This document shows, piece after piece, positions 47,199 to 59,515 of a stretch of 64,000 nt of DNA. The notes beneath the pieces were generated by a model that was not told where the DNA came from, did not search any database, and was given only the letters and a program-made list of their open reading frames with translations. The translations under genes and the position numbers were made by a program. Positions within the stretch are counted from its first letter, which is position 1. Each line of letters opens with the position of its first letter. The DNA comes from Camelus dromedarius. Taxonomy: Eukaryota. The DNA is taken from positions 62,498,001 through 62,562,000 of the forward strand of contig NC_087437.1 of assembly GCF_036321535.1 (NCBI RefSeq), written 5' to 3'.

Positions 47199-49191
47199 CT
47201 GATAGAACATTCCATCATTGCCAAGGCCCATTGAGAAGTTTGTAGCATTTAAAATCGGCATAGTTGAGGTAGCAATAAACCCTCAGTCTGAAGATTAATG
47301 GTTTTACCCTTTTTCTTACACCCCTTCCTTTCTGGAAAACTGGGAGAGAAATATTTCTTTTTAATATTTGCAGCCTCCCTGTAGGGAGACACGTGTGTCT
47401 GTGTGTCTGTGTGTGTTTCAGTGCTTAATTCCTCTTAGAATTTGATGGCAAGAGATTTCTCACTTCAGAATGGATACTCTCTTAGCAGAGAAAGAGACCG
47501 GTACATCACATCTTGTTTCCCTCTTGCCTTCATGTCTGGAAAATTTGGAGTTGAATGGCTATTAGCTATTTACACTCAAGTTTTTGGCAGAATGTTCTGT
47601 CTCTCTTTTTATTCCTACAGGAAATTGCTTTAAAAACTGACTTTCAGGGGAACTGAGGCTGAAGTTTTTCTTGTGGAGGAGCAGATGTATGGTGTTTATA
47701 TACGTGGTCTCCTCAGTACCTGCAGGAATTAACATCCTCCCGGTTTCACTGATCCAGAAACTGAGCAGGAAGTTTAATGGCCCCTGAGATCTCAAATCCT
47801 TGGTGACAAGGTCTGGATTCCAACCCAGCTCTTACTCTCCAAGGCTGGTGTCCACTTCCCTCCCGTGGGTGCCTCCCAGCCTCCGTGAATCCAGGCTAGT
47901 TCCCTGTTTCCTGGTCCTAAAGTGCTCATCAGTTAATTACTCATAATCCACAGAGAAGGTGGAAGTGGATTCTGGATTGAAGAAAGTGTAGCTGGGAACT
48001 TGGGGGAAGGACACAGGTGACAAAAAGCAGAAGACCTCACAGAGAGGTCATGGGATGGGGCGGGGGGCGGGGCATGATTGCAGGCCCTGCCGCCCCTCCC
48101 CCACTGAGATGTGGCCCCCAAAGATGGGAGGGGCCCTGTGCAGGGACCTGCTCTGTCTGCTTGACGGGAACCAGAGACAGACATTGCAGCAGCCCGGAAT
48201 TCATTCTGGAAAAAAATCTCGAACATTCCTCTGTTTGAGTCAGACTCCCATGGTTTTTAAAAATAGGCTCCTACCAACAGGCAGCCCAAACTACATCAAT
48301 CCTGGGGCGGCTAGAACAGCACATGCAAAGACAAGTTGGGAAAGCGGGCTTGGCGCTGTCACTCAGGCTACAGTGGTAATTAAAATACTTCATTTGGGCA
48401 GGTCTTCATGGCTACAGAATACTTCTCTCCCCCCTCAGTGCTTCAGCCTTAATGCTGTGGTGGTGGTGTTCCTGCCATTTTACAGTTAAGGAAACTGAGG
48501 GCTGGGCTGCACCCCTAGTCGAGGGGCAGAGCTGGAACTTGAACTTTTGGCCCCGTGATTCTTCACGGTCTAGTTAATGAAGTATGCCTCGTCTGGGGTG
48601 GGATGAGGGGAGGGGTCCCAGAGCACAGGGTTCCCTATCCTGCAAGTTCTCGAAGGCTTCAGCTTGCTGGTTGTCAGCTTGAGGTGGAAGATTGGTTCCT
48701 CTGAGGTGTGAGTGCTGGCAGATCAGGCGTGGACCCTTGTGCGGGAGCCAGACCACCTTTCCTCTGAGCCTGCAGAGTACATCTGGACTTCAAGTGCGTG
48801 TGGACAGTTCCACTCGAAGACTTCAGGGACATCTCTTGGTGCCTCTGAGAGCTGATGAGACTGAGGGCAGGTGGAATTACTCGGTATGCTTCACTTCTTG
48901 ATGCTCTTTCTGAACGATGTGTTTTTAGAGATTATGAAATGATGTGGGATCATTGTCCTGGCGTGAGTCTTCCTGTGCTGACTTGGGCTTTTCTGCACAC
49001 CCTGCGGGGTGAGCTTGCACAGGCCACGCCTTTCAAACGCTGGCTTTTTCTCTTTGTTCTTTTCCTCTGAATCAATTCTTTTTCCCTTTGTCTGTTGGCT
49101 ATCTTATTGTAGAACCAAAAATTATTTTCTCTTATAGCTGGTAGACAAATCTAGTAGTATTTCTTTTCCTTTTCTTCTTTCTCTTCTTTTT

Positions 49192-49357
49192 TTAAGAAGG
49201 TTTCTTGTTTGTTTGTTTTGTAAAGTTATTTTTTGTTTTTTTTGTGGGGGAGGTAGTTAGGTATATATGTATTTATTTTAATGGAGGTACTGGGGATTGA
49301 ACCCAGGACCTCGTGCATTCTAAGCACGCACTCTACCACTGAGCTATGATTTCCCCC
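49192..49357 (-). mobile_element. tRNA-derived SINE (camelid vic-1-like)
   Basis: Antisense A and B boxes; TSD tttctcttcttttt at 49178-49191 and 49359-49372. Confidence 0.88.
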
Positions 49358-49861
49358 TTTTCTCTTCTTTTTGATGGTGCCAAAATTTGGAGTATGTCTT
49401 CCTGTATTTACATGTATACTTTCTGATAATAATGATTTGTGTCGGTGGTGTCAAATATGCCCAAGAACTAAATACCGTTGTTTGATAAATGACTGGGGAG
49501 CTAGAAATAGGTGATATGGCATGAGCATAAACATTTTTGCCCTTTGAGGGTATTTTAAGTAACCGTCTTTGTGTCCCCACTCTCCTTTGCCTTGTCCATC
49601 TCTCCCTTCCCCACCTCAGTTCTTACTCATGTCTGTACCTTTCTTTTGTTAATTGCCTCCCTGTTTTCTGTTTCACACCCACCTTTATGTCTCCTGGCCA
49701 CATCGCCATCTTGGCCAGTCCTTTCTCTGAAGTTGTGTGGTTGGTGGGCTCCTCTCACTCAGTTTGTGTCCATGAAATTGTCTGGCTCACTGTCCACCAA
49801 TTACCTAATAACAAACTTTTTTTTGCTGAGAAAACAGAACACTACGAAGGAGACTGGTTCT

Positions 49862-50702
49862 TTTTTTTTTTTTAAACATTTTTTATTGATTTATAATCAT
49901 TTTACAATGTTGTGTCAAATTCCAGTGTAGAGCACAATTTCTCAGTTATACATGAACATATATATATTCATTGTCACATTTTTTTCTCTGTGAGCTACCA
50001 TAAGATCTTGTGTGTATTTCCCTGTGCTATACAGTATAATCTTGTTTATCTATTCTACATTTTGAAATCCCAGTCTATCCCTTCCCACCCCCCGCCCCCT
50101 TGTCAACCACAAGTTTGTATTCTACGTCTAGAGTCTATTTCTGTTTTGTATTTATGTTTTGTTTGTTTGTTTTTAATTTTAGATTCCACATATGAGCGCT
50201 TTCGTATGGTATTTTTCTTTCTCTTTCTGGCTTACAAGATTATATATCATGACCAAGTGGGGTTCACCCCAGGGACACAAGGGTGGTTCAACATACGCAA
50301 ATCAATCAATGTAATACATCACATCAACAAGAGAAAGGACAAAAACCACATGATCATCTCAATAGATGCAAAAAAACCTTTTGATAAAATTCAACACCCA
50401 TTTATGATGAAAACTCTCACCAAAGTGGGTATAGAGGGAACGTATCTCAACGTAATAAAAGCTATGTATGACAGATCTACAGCCAGCATAGTACTCAATG
50501 GTGAAAAACTCAAAAGCTTCCCACTAAAATCTGGGACAAGACAAGGCTGCCCACTATCACCACTCCTATTCAACACAGTCTTAGAAGTCCTAGCCACAGC
50601 AATCAGGCAAGAGAGAGAAATAAAATGGATCCAAATTGGAAAAGAAGAGGTAAAAGTGTCACTATATGCTGACGACATGTTACTATATATAGAAAACCCT
50701 AA
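49862..50702 (-). mobile_element. Young 5'-truncated, 5'-inverted LINE-1
   Basis: Poly-T plus antisense L1 3' end at 49862-~50235, then a plus-strand ORF2 RT segment at ~50236-50702 (IIYHDQVGF...[10 protein letters not shown]...[14 protein letters not shown]). Perfect TSD aaggagactggttct at 49847-49861 and 50703-50717. Confidence 0.93.
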
Positions 50703-50940
50703 AAGGAGACTGGTTCTCAAAGAGTTTCTTTAAAAATGCTGTCTCGTGTTTAGAGCGGCTTCTTCAGCACTCAAATCCCCTTCAGTCACTCTGCCTCCAA
50801 GAAAAAGATTCCTTCTGAGAGGCACACAGTCACTAAAGAAAACTCAGAGGTGGACCGGCTTTGAAAACAAAACCCATCCCTGAACTCAGCCCCAGCAAGC
50901 TGGATGACCTCTCACACACACGGTCTCTCTGTTGGCACAG

Positions 50941-51190
50941 GTGAGCAGACGACCTTCCAGCTGCAGGTTCGTCAGGTGGAGGATTATCCTGTGGACCTGT
51001 ACTACCTGATGGACCTCTCTCTGTCCATGAAGGATGACTTGGACAACATCCGCAGCCTGGGCACCAAGCTGGCCGAGGAGATGAGGAAGCTCACCAGCAA
51101 CTTCCGACTGGGGTTCGGGTCTTTTGTAGACAAGAACATCTCTCCTTTCTCCTACACAGCACCGAGGTACCAGACCAACCCCTGCATTGG
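50941..51190 (+). CDS. ITGB5: Integrin beta-5 exon 4 (betaI domain start, MIDAS DxSxS)
   Basis: cacAG acceptor, GTAAGT donor. Encodes [84 protein letters not shown]; 250 nt. Confidence 0.98.
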
Positions 51191-54013
51191 GTAAGTGACC
51201 AGCTGCCCTTCTGTTGGGTGGGGAATGGATCAGCAGGAAGGCTTAACCTGAGGACAGGACTCAGGAGGGCATATCTGGGTAGGGGGAGGGAACCTGGCTT
51301 AGGTGTTAAATCTGATGACACTGGTCCAGTTCTCCCGTTGTCTCTGAGTGTGAAGAAATGAACTGTTACAAGATTGCATAAAGAGGTAATGATCATAGCT
51401 GCTTTGTTTTCCTGCCTGCCTGACACAGCACTGTTTGCTACGTGAATAGATTTTGAGAATGTTCTCAGGAAGTGATGGACCCCAGGTGATCAAGGAGGGA
51501 GCCGGCAGAACAACGTAAACTTTCCCCTCGTTTGGGTTACCTGAGATGTTTGGGATAAGTGAATGCACAGTCTGTTGTTGGTGTTTATATAAATAACTAT
51601 AACTTACCTGGACAAAACAAAATGAAAACCCTGCATTTTATAGGTATGTTTTTTCCCCAATATAAATACTTGAATTAGAAAATATTTGACAAATTGGGAG
51701 AGAACAGGAGTTCTAACTGCCGCAATGAACAAATCCAAAAGCATGTAGCGGCTCAGACTTGATGGAAGTTTATTTCCTGCTCACCTAAGTGCACGTGGGT
51801 CTCCTGATCAGTGGACACCTGTCCTCCAAGCAGTGACTCAGGGATCCAGGCTCCGTGTGTCCACGTGTGGCTTGTAAGGTCGGCTCCCTGGAGAAGGACT
51901 GGACAGGACAGAGTGGCCTTTGCGCCTACATTCTGTTCTGCAGAACTGGGTTCCAGCAGGGAGGCTTGGGAGCCAGACTGGCTGTGTCCAGGCAGAACAG
52001 GAAAAAGGGATTGGTGCATAGTCTCTGCCATGGTGCGTTTATGTCACTTCCTTCACCTCCCCTAACACAACCTCTGTGAGGTTGGTTGGTTTCCTTCCTG
52101 GTCTTTTAAATATTCTTTTAAATGGTGAGATTATGCAGTGTGACAACAAGTGATAACTTCCTAATTTTTCTTGCCTCATCTCCACGTTTAACTTTAGTTA
52201 GGCTTTGGCATGTAAGGTCCCAAAATAGTCACTAGATAAGGAATAGCTAAGACTTAAGTTCTTACTAAGCATTAGGCATCCATTGTACTAAATATCTTAT
52301 ATGGAATATCTCACTTAAATCTCATAGCAGTCTTCTGAGGTCTCTAAGGTAGAAGTGAGCTGTATCTTAAAGGTGAGGAAACCAAGGTTTAGAGAGAATA
52401 AACAACGTACCCAAGATTACACAAATAGTAAGGGGTAGATTTGGAATATAAATCAAGATGAACTACTTCCAGCTCTATGTTTCCATTAATATAATGCTTA
52501 TTTTTCCTCCATCCAAATCACACCGCCACACAGATGCTGTACCTGAGTTTGAGTAATAGTTCCTGTTCCAAAACCACCCACCTCTGGGCACTTGCCTGAG
52601 GGTAATGTTAGGCTTTGCTACAGTGATAAACAGTCCCCAGATCTCAGCAGCTCAACACAATGAACGTTTATTTCTTCAAAGATAAAAAATGTACAGAATC
52701 TGATGGGAGCCACTTTCTGTGGCAGCTCTTCTTCAAATGGTGACTCTGGGATTCAGGTATCTTGTGATGTCATTTTCAATTCTTGGTCTCCTTGGCTGCC
52801 CCTGGGGGGAAATGCTGTTCGTAAGCCCCTAAGCCTGCCTGACCTGCCAGCTCGCCTTTGGTAGCCTCAGCGGCTCCCAGCTCTGGGTTGAGGTGGGTAG
52901 GTGAGGCGAGGTGGTTTTTACTAGAGGTGGGTGTCCTTCTGATCCTTCTGTGCACTCTCCTAGAAGCTACCATAGATCTTCCCCCGGGGAACAACACAGC
53001 TGGTGGAAAAAACAGTAAGATAAGAAAGTGTTTTAGATACAAATGAGATTCTAAGCTCCTTAACCATGAAGAGCTCCTAGGAGTAGTCATTTGCTGGGTT
53101 AGGTTCCTCCTGGCCACAGGTGGCTGCTGGCATTATTGTTGCTTTGGTCCTGTCTCCAAGGCCCTTTTCAGCTGTGTCCCAGTGCCACATGTCCTTTTGT
53201 TGGAGTTCTGCTACTTAGCAAGAGCAATGGCATCTTAGTCAAAACTGTTTTCAGTTCCTCTGAAATAGTGATTCTTTCTGCTGCTTTTCACCTCTGCCAT
53301 CTGCTTGGGCCCTGTCTCCGGACAGACAGGCTGTGTTCCCGCTTCCATCTTCTGGGGACCATCAGCAAATCATCACAGGCTAGATTGGAAGCTGGCAGAG
53401 GATGAAGGACTGGCTTGGGGCCCTCAGCGTTTGAATAGTCAAAGTTACTACATTCTACTTATTCAGAGCTCCTTCTCCCAGCCAGAGAAGGCAGAACCAA
53501 CTGCAGACAGTAAGTCTCACTGACAAGCTGCTTGGGAGACAGGAAATCCGGTGAAGAATAAGAATTTTGAAGGAAGTATCAGGTCTGTGTTATGCAGATC
53601 TCTCTTCCTGAAGCTGGACAGCACACTGGGGAGTGCCTCCATGGCTCGGTGAGCAGGCTGAGGTTATCGCCCCCATCCATGCAGTGGACCGTGTGCGGTC
53701 CCCTGGGTGTCCTCAGAGATGCCCTACTGCTCCTGGTGGGGTGGGGCAGAGCAAGCTGGGGGATGTAATCTGGCTGTTCCTGTTCCTGATCCAGGCTATA
53801 TATGTGCTTTGTTTGCCTTCCTAAGTTTCTGCGGCACTGTGAATTAGTTACCAACAGTTAAAAATAGAAGATTTAACCAGAAATAGCCAGGATTTCTAGG
53901 ATTTCTAAAAAAACAAGGAGATCTGGAAAAGGCTGGTTTGTGCCATATGTTGTTTGGCTGCCACAGTCCCTACCACTCCCTCCTGTCTCCCAGCTGGCCG
54001 GCTTCCCTAGTTT

Positions 54014-54646
54014 TGTTACCAGGCCCTCTCCAGATTCTTGGACAGCAGTACCATAGATACTCATATCACTCCCACAAGACTCTTAGGCGAGCAAAGCTTT
54101 TAATTGAAAGGATAGCTTGTGTACAAGCAGAAGGTGAAAAAGAGTGCCAGCTTCCCGAGGACTTTCCGGGAAGGGGTTTTAAAGGCCATGTGAGGGAGGG
54201 GGCCCCAGGAGCCTGATGAGCTTGTGCTCAGTTTTTGGATTGGTTGGCTTCATGGTGAAGTTTTGAGCATCACCAGCCTTCTGGTTTCAACCAGTCTGGG
54301 GTCCCCGTGCTTGTAGTCAGCCGTTTGCCTCTGGTGGGGGCCCGCTTCCGGCCCAAACGACCTAGCGGTGTGTGTCAGGCCTTTATCTGTGTCTTTCAGG
54401 GAACTGGGACTTCGGTGATTCTGCTGGGTGGTGGATTTATAGTCCTGCTTTTGTCCTTGGAAACCATGTATGTGTATCAGTGGAACAGAGATGGAGCTAA
54501 TCTTTTACTCCTGTGGGTGTTTGGTTATTGTCTCAGAATCGCAAGGTTGTAGGCACTTTGTTTGACTGGACCTGTCAAGCCCCCACGCTCAAGGCCGGGC
54601 CCTTGGTCCTTTTCCGAAATGGCTGTACCCTTGTCTTCCTGTCTCA
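54014..54646 (-). mobile_element. ERV1-type solo LTR (different family from 9005/46769)
   Basis: TGTTA...TCTCA termini with a perfect 4-bp TSD GTTT (54010-54013 and 54647-54650). The minus strand has CCAAT (~54238), a TATA-like motif (~54180) and ATTAAA (~54100) in LTR order. Confidence 0.8.
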
Positions 54647-55214
54647 GTTTGTGTTCCATGCATGGCTCCGTAGATGCTGTCTGTGAACCTTGCTTATTCT
54701 TTTCCTTCCTCCCAAGTGGAGAGAAAACCACAGGGTTCTCTCTCAGTGGTACCTCTGTTAGGTGGTTCTCCCCTGTGGTGGGAGTTTCGGGGAGACAAGG
54801 AGTCAGGAGGGGTGATCTAACCACCTGTGCAGGGCAGCTCAGAGAAGAGAACCAGTTTTTCTTGGGGCTTTCCTGCGGTTTGTCCCACCTCCTTCTGCTC
54901 CGTAAGTTTCTGCCAAAGGATAAAGCACTTAGACTCATCCCCTCCCGTCTTAGAATGCACCAGAAATGCCAGAACTGAAGTGAGTAGTACTGGGGCTGCC
55001 ATGGAAAGAAAAATAATTAATAAGTAAAGGAATTTAATCATCAAAGAACTGTTTAATTGCTATTCTGAGTAATAGGAATAGTGTCACTGGGAAGAGTCAC
55101 ATGATGTTCACTGATAACAGGATTTGACAGATTAATCCAGGATGTTATTTCTGGTTCTGAACACCTTTTCTTTTGTTAGAAGTATTGGGCTGTTGTTGAA
55201 ATACATGCCTTGTC

Positions 55215-55470
55215 TTATTTCCATGTGGGATCTAAAAAGGCCAAACTCACAGAAACAGAGCAGAGTGGTGGTTCCCAGGGGCTGGGAAGTGGGGGTGGGG
55301 GAAATGGGGAGATGTTGGTCAAAGGGTACAGACTTCCAGTTATAAGATGAATACGCCCTGGAGACCTAATGTACAGCATGATGGTGACAGTTCACAATAC
55401 TATACTTGAAATGGTATATAATTGTATACTTGAAAGTTGTTATAGGAGTAGAGCTTAAATGTTCTCACCA
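55215..55470 (+). mobile_element. Old LINE-1 3' end (L1MA-like), sense orientation
   Basis: aaactcacagaaacagagcagagtggtggttcccaggggctggg...ggtcaaagggtacagacttccagttataagatgaata...aaatgttctcacca. Confidence 0.85.
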
Positions 55471-58400
55471 TATACACACACACACACACAATGGATGTCA
55501 CATGTAAAAATCTTTGCAAGTGAGATAATACATTTCATCCTTCCTCATTTATATTTCTTCTTACCCTTCATATTTCTTCCAAGAGGTCATGTACTCCTTC
55601 ACCGCCTTGAAGATTTCACTGTCTTCTGGCGTGTCTTATAGCTGATGAGAAGTCTGCTGTCCATCTAATGGGTTTCCTTCTCTCTGGTAGCTTTTAATAT
55701 TTGCCTGTGCTTTCCATGTTCTATAATGCTGAGCACTCCAGGGTGGCTGGGTTGGATTTAGTACTTTTATTTACATTGCTCAGAACTTGCTCTGCTTGTT
55801 TACTCTGAAAATACAGCTTTATTCTGGAAAATTCTCAGACATCATCTGATTCCTTTCTCTGATTCTCTCCATTTTTCTTTCTAGCACTACTAGGTGTGCG
55901 TTCAGGCTTCTCTTTCTAAACTTCATGCTTCTTAATTTTTCTCCCATTTTCTACCTCTCTCTTGCCCTTGGCTGCAGAGTAGGAAATTTTTTTCCAGTTT
56001 ACCATTTTGTTCTTCAGTTTTCTAATCCATACGCTGAAGTTTTGTTTTTGAATTCCAGTGACTTCTTTTTTATTTGGTTCTTTTTCAGACTTCTGTTTTT
56101 CATACTATCTTTTCATAGACTTCTGACTTTTTTCCTTTCTAATAATATCCCATTCTGGTCTGGCATATTTTATTCCTTCCTCTCCTTCAGTGTTTGAGAT
56201 ATCTTTGTTTGAAAGTACTTTAGAACACTTTGTTATCTGCTTCCTTCAGTTGGTTGAATTTGCTGACATTCCAACATGGTGGCTTATTTCTCGTGGGGCC
56301 TCTGGCTTTTTCATTAGCTTCTCTTCATCAGATGGTTTTCCATCTGGGGATCACGCGCCTCAGGTGTGCTGACTCCCCTGCAGGGTGGCTTTATGTCCCC
56401 TGTTGCCAGGATCCTCCGTTTCACTGTGGGACTAGTTTTCCTCTTTATTTCTCAGCTGGGGGTTCGTTCCCTGTAAAAGTAATGAATTCTGACTTGTTCA
56501 GGTCTGGAGTTACAATCTTCATGGGTGATTCATCTTGCCCTGGGCCTGAAGTGCATCTTCCTTACTTCTTTCCCAGGCCAGTGGCTAGAATCTTTCTGTT
56601 TTTGATTTTAATGACTGGGCAGCTCTTTGTAGGAGTCAGCTTTACGCAGAGCCCTGTTCCGATCTCTCCTCCATCCCTGTTAGAACCAGCCCCAAGGCCC
56701 TGTCAGGTCCCAACACACCAGGGGGCCCTTCGGCGGGAGCTCCTGCTCCCTTCCCACCTGGTCTCTTGAGTCCATTTGTGGAATGGTTTCCTCTTGGTTC
56801 CTGGCACCCGGGATTTCCCTGCTAAGCTTCCAATCTTGGCTACATATTAACATTTTTAAAGACTATACTCTACCCCCCAGTTCTCTACGTTTAGAGAAAG
56901 AGGGAAGCTCCTTCCTTGTCAGCGCGATGACTCACAGGGTTATCTTGCAGCATTAGATTGTTTTCTGGATCCCTAGATCTAGCGTCTTCAAATTGGATTC
57001 ATTTGTACACACACAAGCAATCCCTCAGGCTCTTTAAGCATATATATTTTATTTATCTTCTTGGTTCATAATCCTTAATCTAGTAACTCCCAGTCCACGG
57101 CCCTAACCTGGGGCCCTATGGCACAGACACAGGGTAGGGGTGGGAGGGCTTCCTGGCACGAGACCCTCAAACACCCAGATCTTGAGGTCACTCCGACAGT
57201 GCTCCCAGGGGTTAAATTAATTAACTAGTCACACAGGACTGTGCGGACATTCAGCAGACCCTGTGTGACAAAGCTGTTTTCCTCTCACCAAGAGGTGACT
57301 CTGGTTTGGTTATTCTAAATTCTCTGCAATGAAAGCATCTCTCTGGCAAACACATTTTGTAGTTCCTGATTATTAACAGTAGTTCTCCACAGTAAAGATG
57401 GATCTACTCACTACTGTTTGCAGGAAGGGAAGGGAAGCGGTAGAAAATGCTGAGCTAACTTAGCCGAGCTTTTCACAGCTTTTCTGGTTTTCTCATTGAA
57501 CAGCAGTTACTGTTCTGTTCCCCTCCTCCCTTTTTCCTCATCCAACCCGACCAACCGTGACAGCACTCAGACACCTGAGGTCCTCCACCATGGACGGGAC
57601 CTGCATGGAGGGTGAAGTTGTGGAGGGAGAGCCAGGGGAGTGAGCATGTGTGTCTATTTCTTTCCTCCTGGGCCACCCCTCTGTCGGACAGCTAGGCTGG
57701 GACCTCAGCTCAGTTCCTGCTCTCTTTGTGGCGAAGTGAGACAGGGACGGACAGTTTGGGTGGCACAGGTTATGGAAGAGTCTGAGCTGTCCGGGCACAA
57801 GGGGCAGAGAAGGTATGGGGAGAAGGAATAGGGAGCGAAGCAAAGGAAAGGCAAGCGGGGACAGCCTCTGGCTGCTGCTCCCTGTCTGGAGGGCACTGTG
57901 GCCATGATGGCAGTGGGGCTGACTGGCCAGGCTGGCTTGTTGAGAGTGACTGATGAAACAGGTACTAGAGGCCCTGACGGGGGATGAGATGGCCTCTTAG
58001 GAAGCCTGAGGTTGCTTCTTTCATGGAGTAGGGGAACCTTTCAGTCCTGCCCTGGCCACTCTCTTGGGCAGGTAGGCGGGAGCCCCTAGCAGTTGCTAAG
58101 CGTGTTTCCCTTCCCACGCACACAGCCTGAGTTGGATTATGAAGTCTTCCCCTTATGCCTCTCTGTTAGTGTTTGTTTTTCATCTTTTGTTCAGAAAGAG
58201 AGGCTTCTTTAACATGGCCACAGACCTGCACAGTCTGGTCCCGCTGGCCTCCCCAGCCTTCCCACAGCCCATCTTTGCCCTTACTCCCTGCACTGCAGTC
58301 TCACTGGCCTGCTTCTGCCCTGGGGCTCTTGGTGCTCCTTCTGCCACAGGGCCTTTGCATGTGCTCTGGCCAGGACGCTCTTCCCTGTCTCTGTTTTTAC

Positions 58401-59346
58401 TCCCCTTTTACTTAGTGAACCCATCTGTGAAACAATGCCAGGCCCCTCTTCCGACTTCACTGGCTGTATATCCAACCAAATCTAGAACTGTGGCTAGGAT
58501 CTAACCTCCTCCAGGAATGGCGCCACTTGGGGTCTCTACTGCAGGCTAAAGATGAGAGCACCCAATATTTCAGGAGAAAGACATGGCATCAACCTCCACT
58601 AGAGACGCAGTACTTCCCTTTTTCCAAATTCCCAGGTAGAGTTTTCCATTTGAAGATGGTTTGTATGTAAACAATTTTTCTTTGCATCTAGGAGAGCTGA
58701 TGGTTTGTCATTCCAATGTTGATAAAATGAGTGAAGAAGCAGAAAGAACATTTTCTTTCATTCCAGTTGCATTCAGCGTGTGTCCATGTGCCAGCACGTC
58801 CTGTGGGCTCTGAGTGGGTTGACCTGAGGGGTTCTGTGATCCTCTGTCATGTGCAGCAGCAGAATTGATGTAGGAAGCTGGATTCCCAGAGTCACTCTGC
58901 TCACACTGCCCTCTCTCAGCATCTCCCGCCTTCCTCAGCCCGAAAGAGCCTTCCCTCGGCGCTGCCTAGGCTGCGGTGCCTGGACACCAGTCCCCTGCCT
59001 CTTCCAAGGCCCACCTCAGGGCTCCTCCACGACGTCTTCCTCTGACTACAGCAGCCCACTGTTATCTCTACTTCCTTTGACCCGTTTGTCCATTGCATTT
59101 ACTTACAACCCGGTATATGCCGTCTTGCCTACAGTTTAAGGCTTGTATTTGGAGAGTAGGGACTGTTCTCTGTTGTCCCCACTGTCCTCTGTTGTCCCCA
59201 CTGTCCTTGTCCCAGGGGCATATGATAGGTGTTGAGTAGATACTCGTTTGTGTCGCTCAGGGCATTCAGTAAATGCACAGGGTACTTGGTTGTTAAAGAT
59301 TTAGAGACAGTGATGGAAAAGTGACTCTTCTTCTCTTTCTCTCTAG

Positions 59347-59515
59347 TTACAAGTTATTCCCCAACTGTGTCCCCTCCTTTGGGTTCCGCCATCTGCTGCC
59401 TCTCACAGACAGAGTCGACAGTTTCAATGAGGAAGTTCGGAAACAGAGGGTGTCCCGGAACCGCGACGCCCCGGAGGGCGGCTTTGATGCGGTGCTCCAG
59501 GCGGCTGTCTGCAAG
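59347..59515 (+). CDS. ITGB5: Integrin beta-5 exon 5 (betaI domain)
   Basis: Long pyrimidine tract plus ctAG; GTAACT donor. Encodes [56 protein letters not shown]; 169 nt, phase 2/0. Confidence 0.98.

Noticed and set aside
49912..50733. 273-aa ORF containing a reverse transcriptase domain as a novel RT gene
   Set aside because: A chance fusion of antisense L1 3' UTR and an inverted partial ORF2 piece. It has a non-ATG start, the RT is truncated just after YADD, and there is no promoter.
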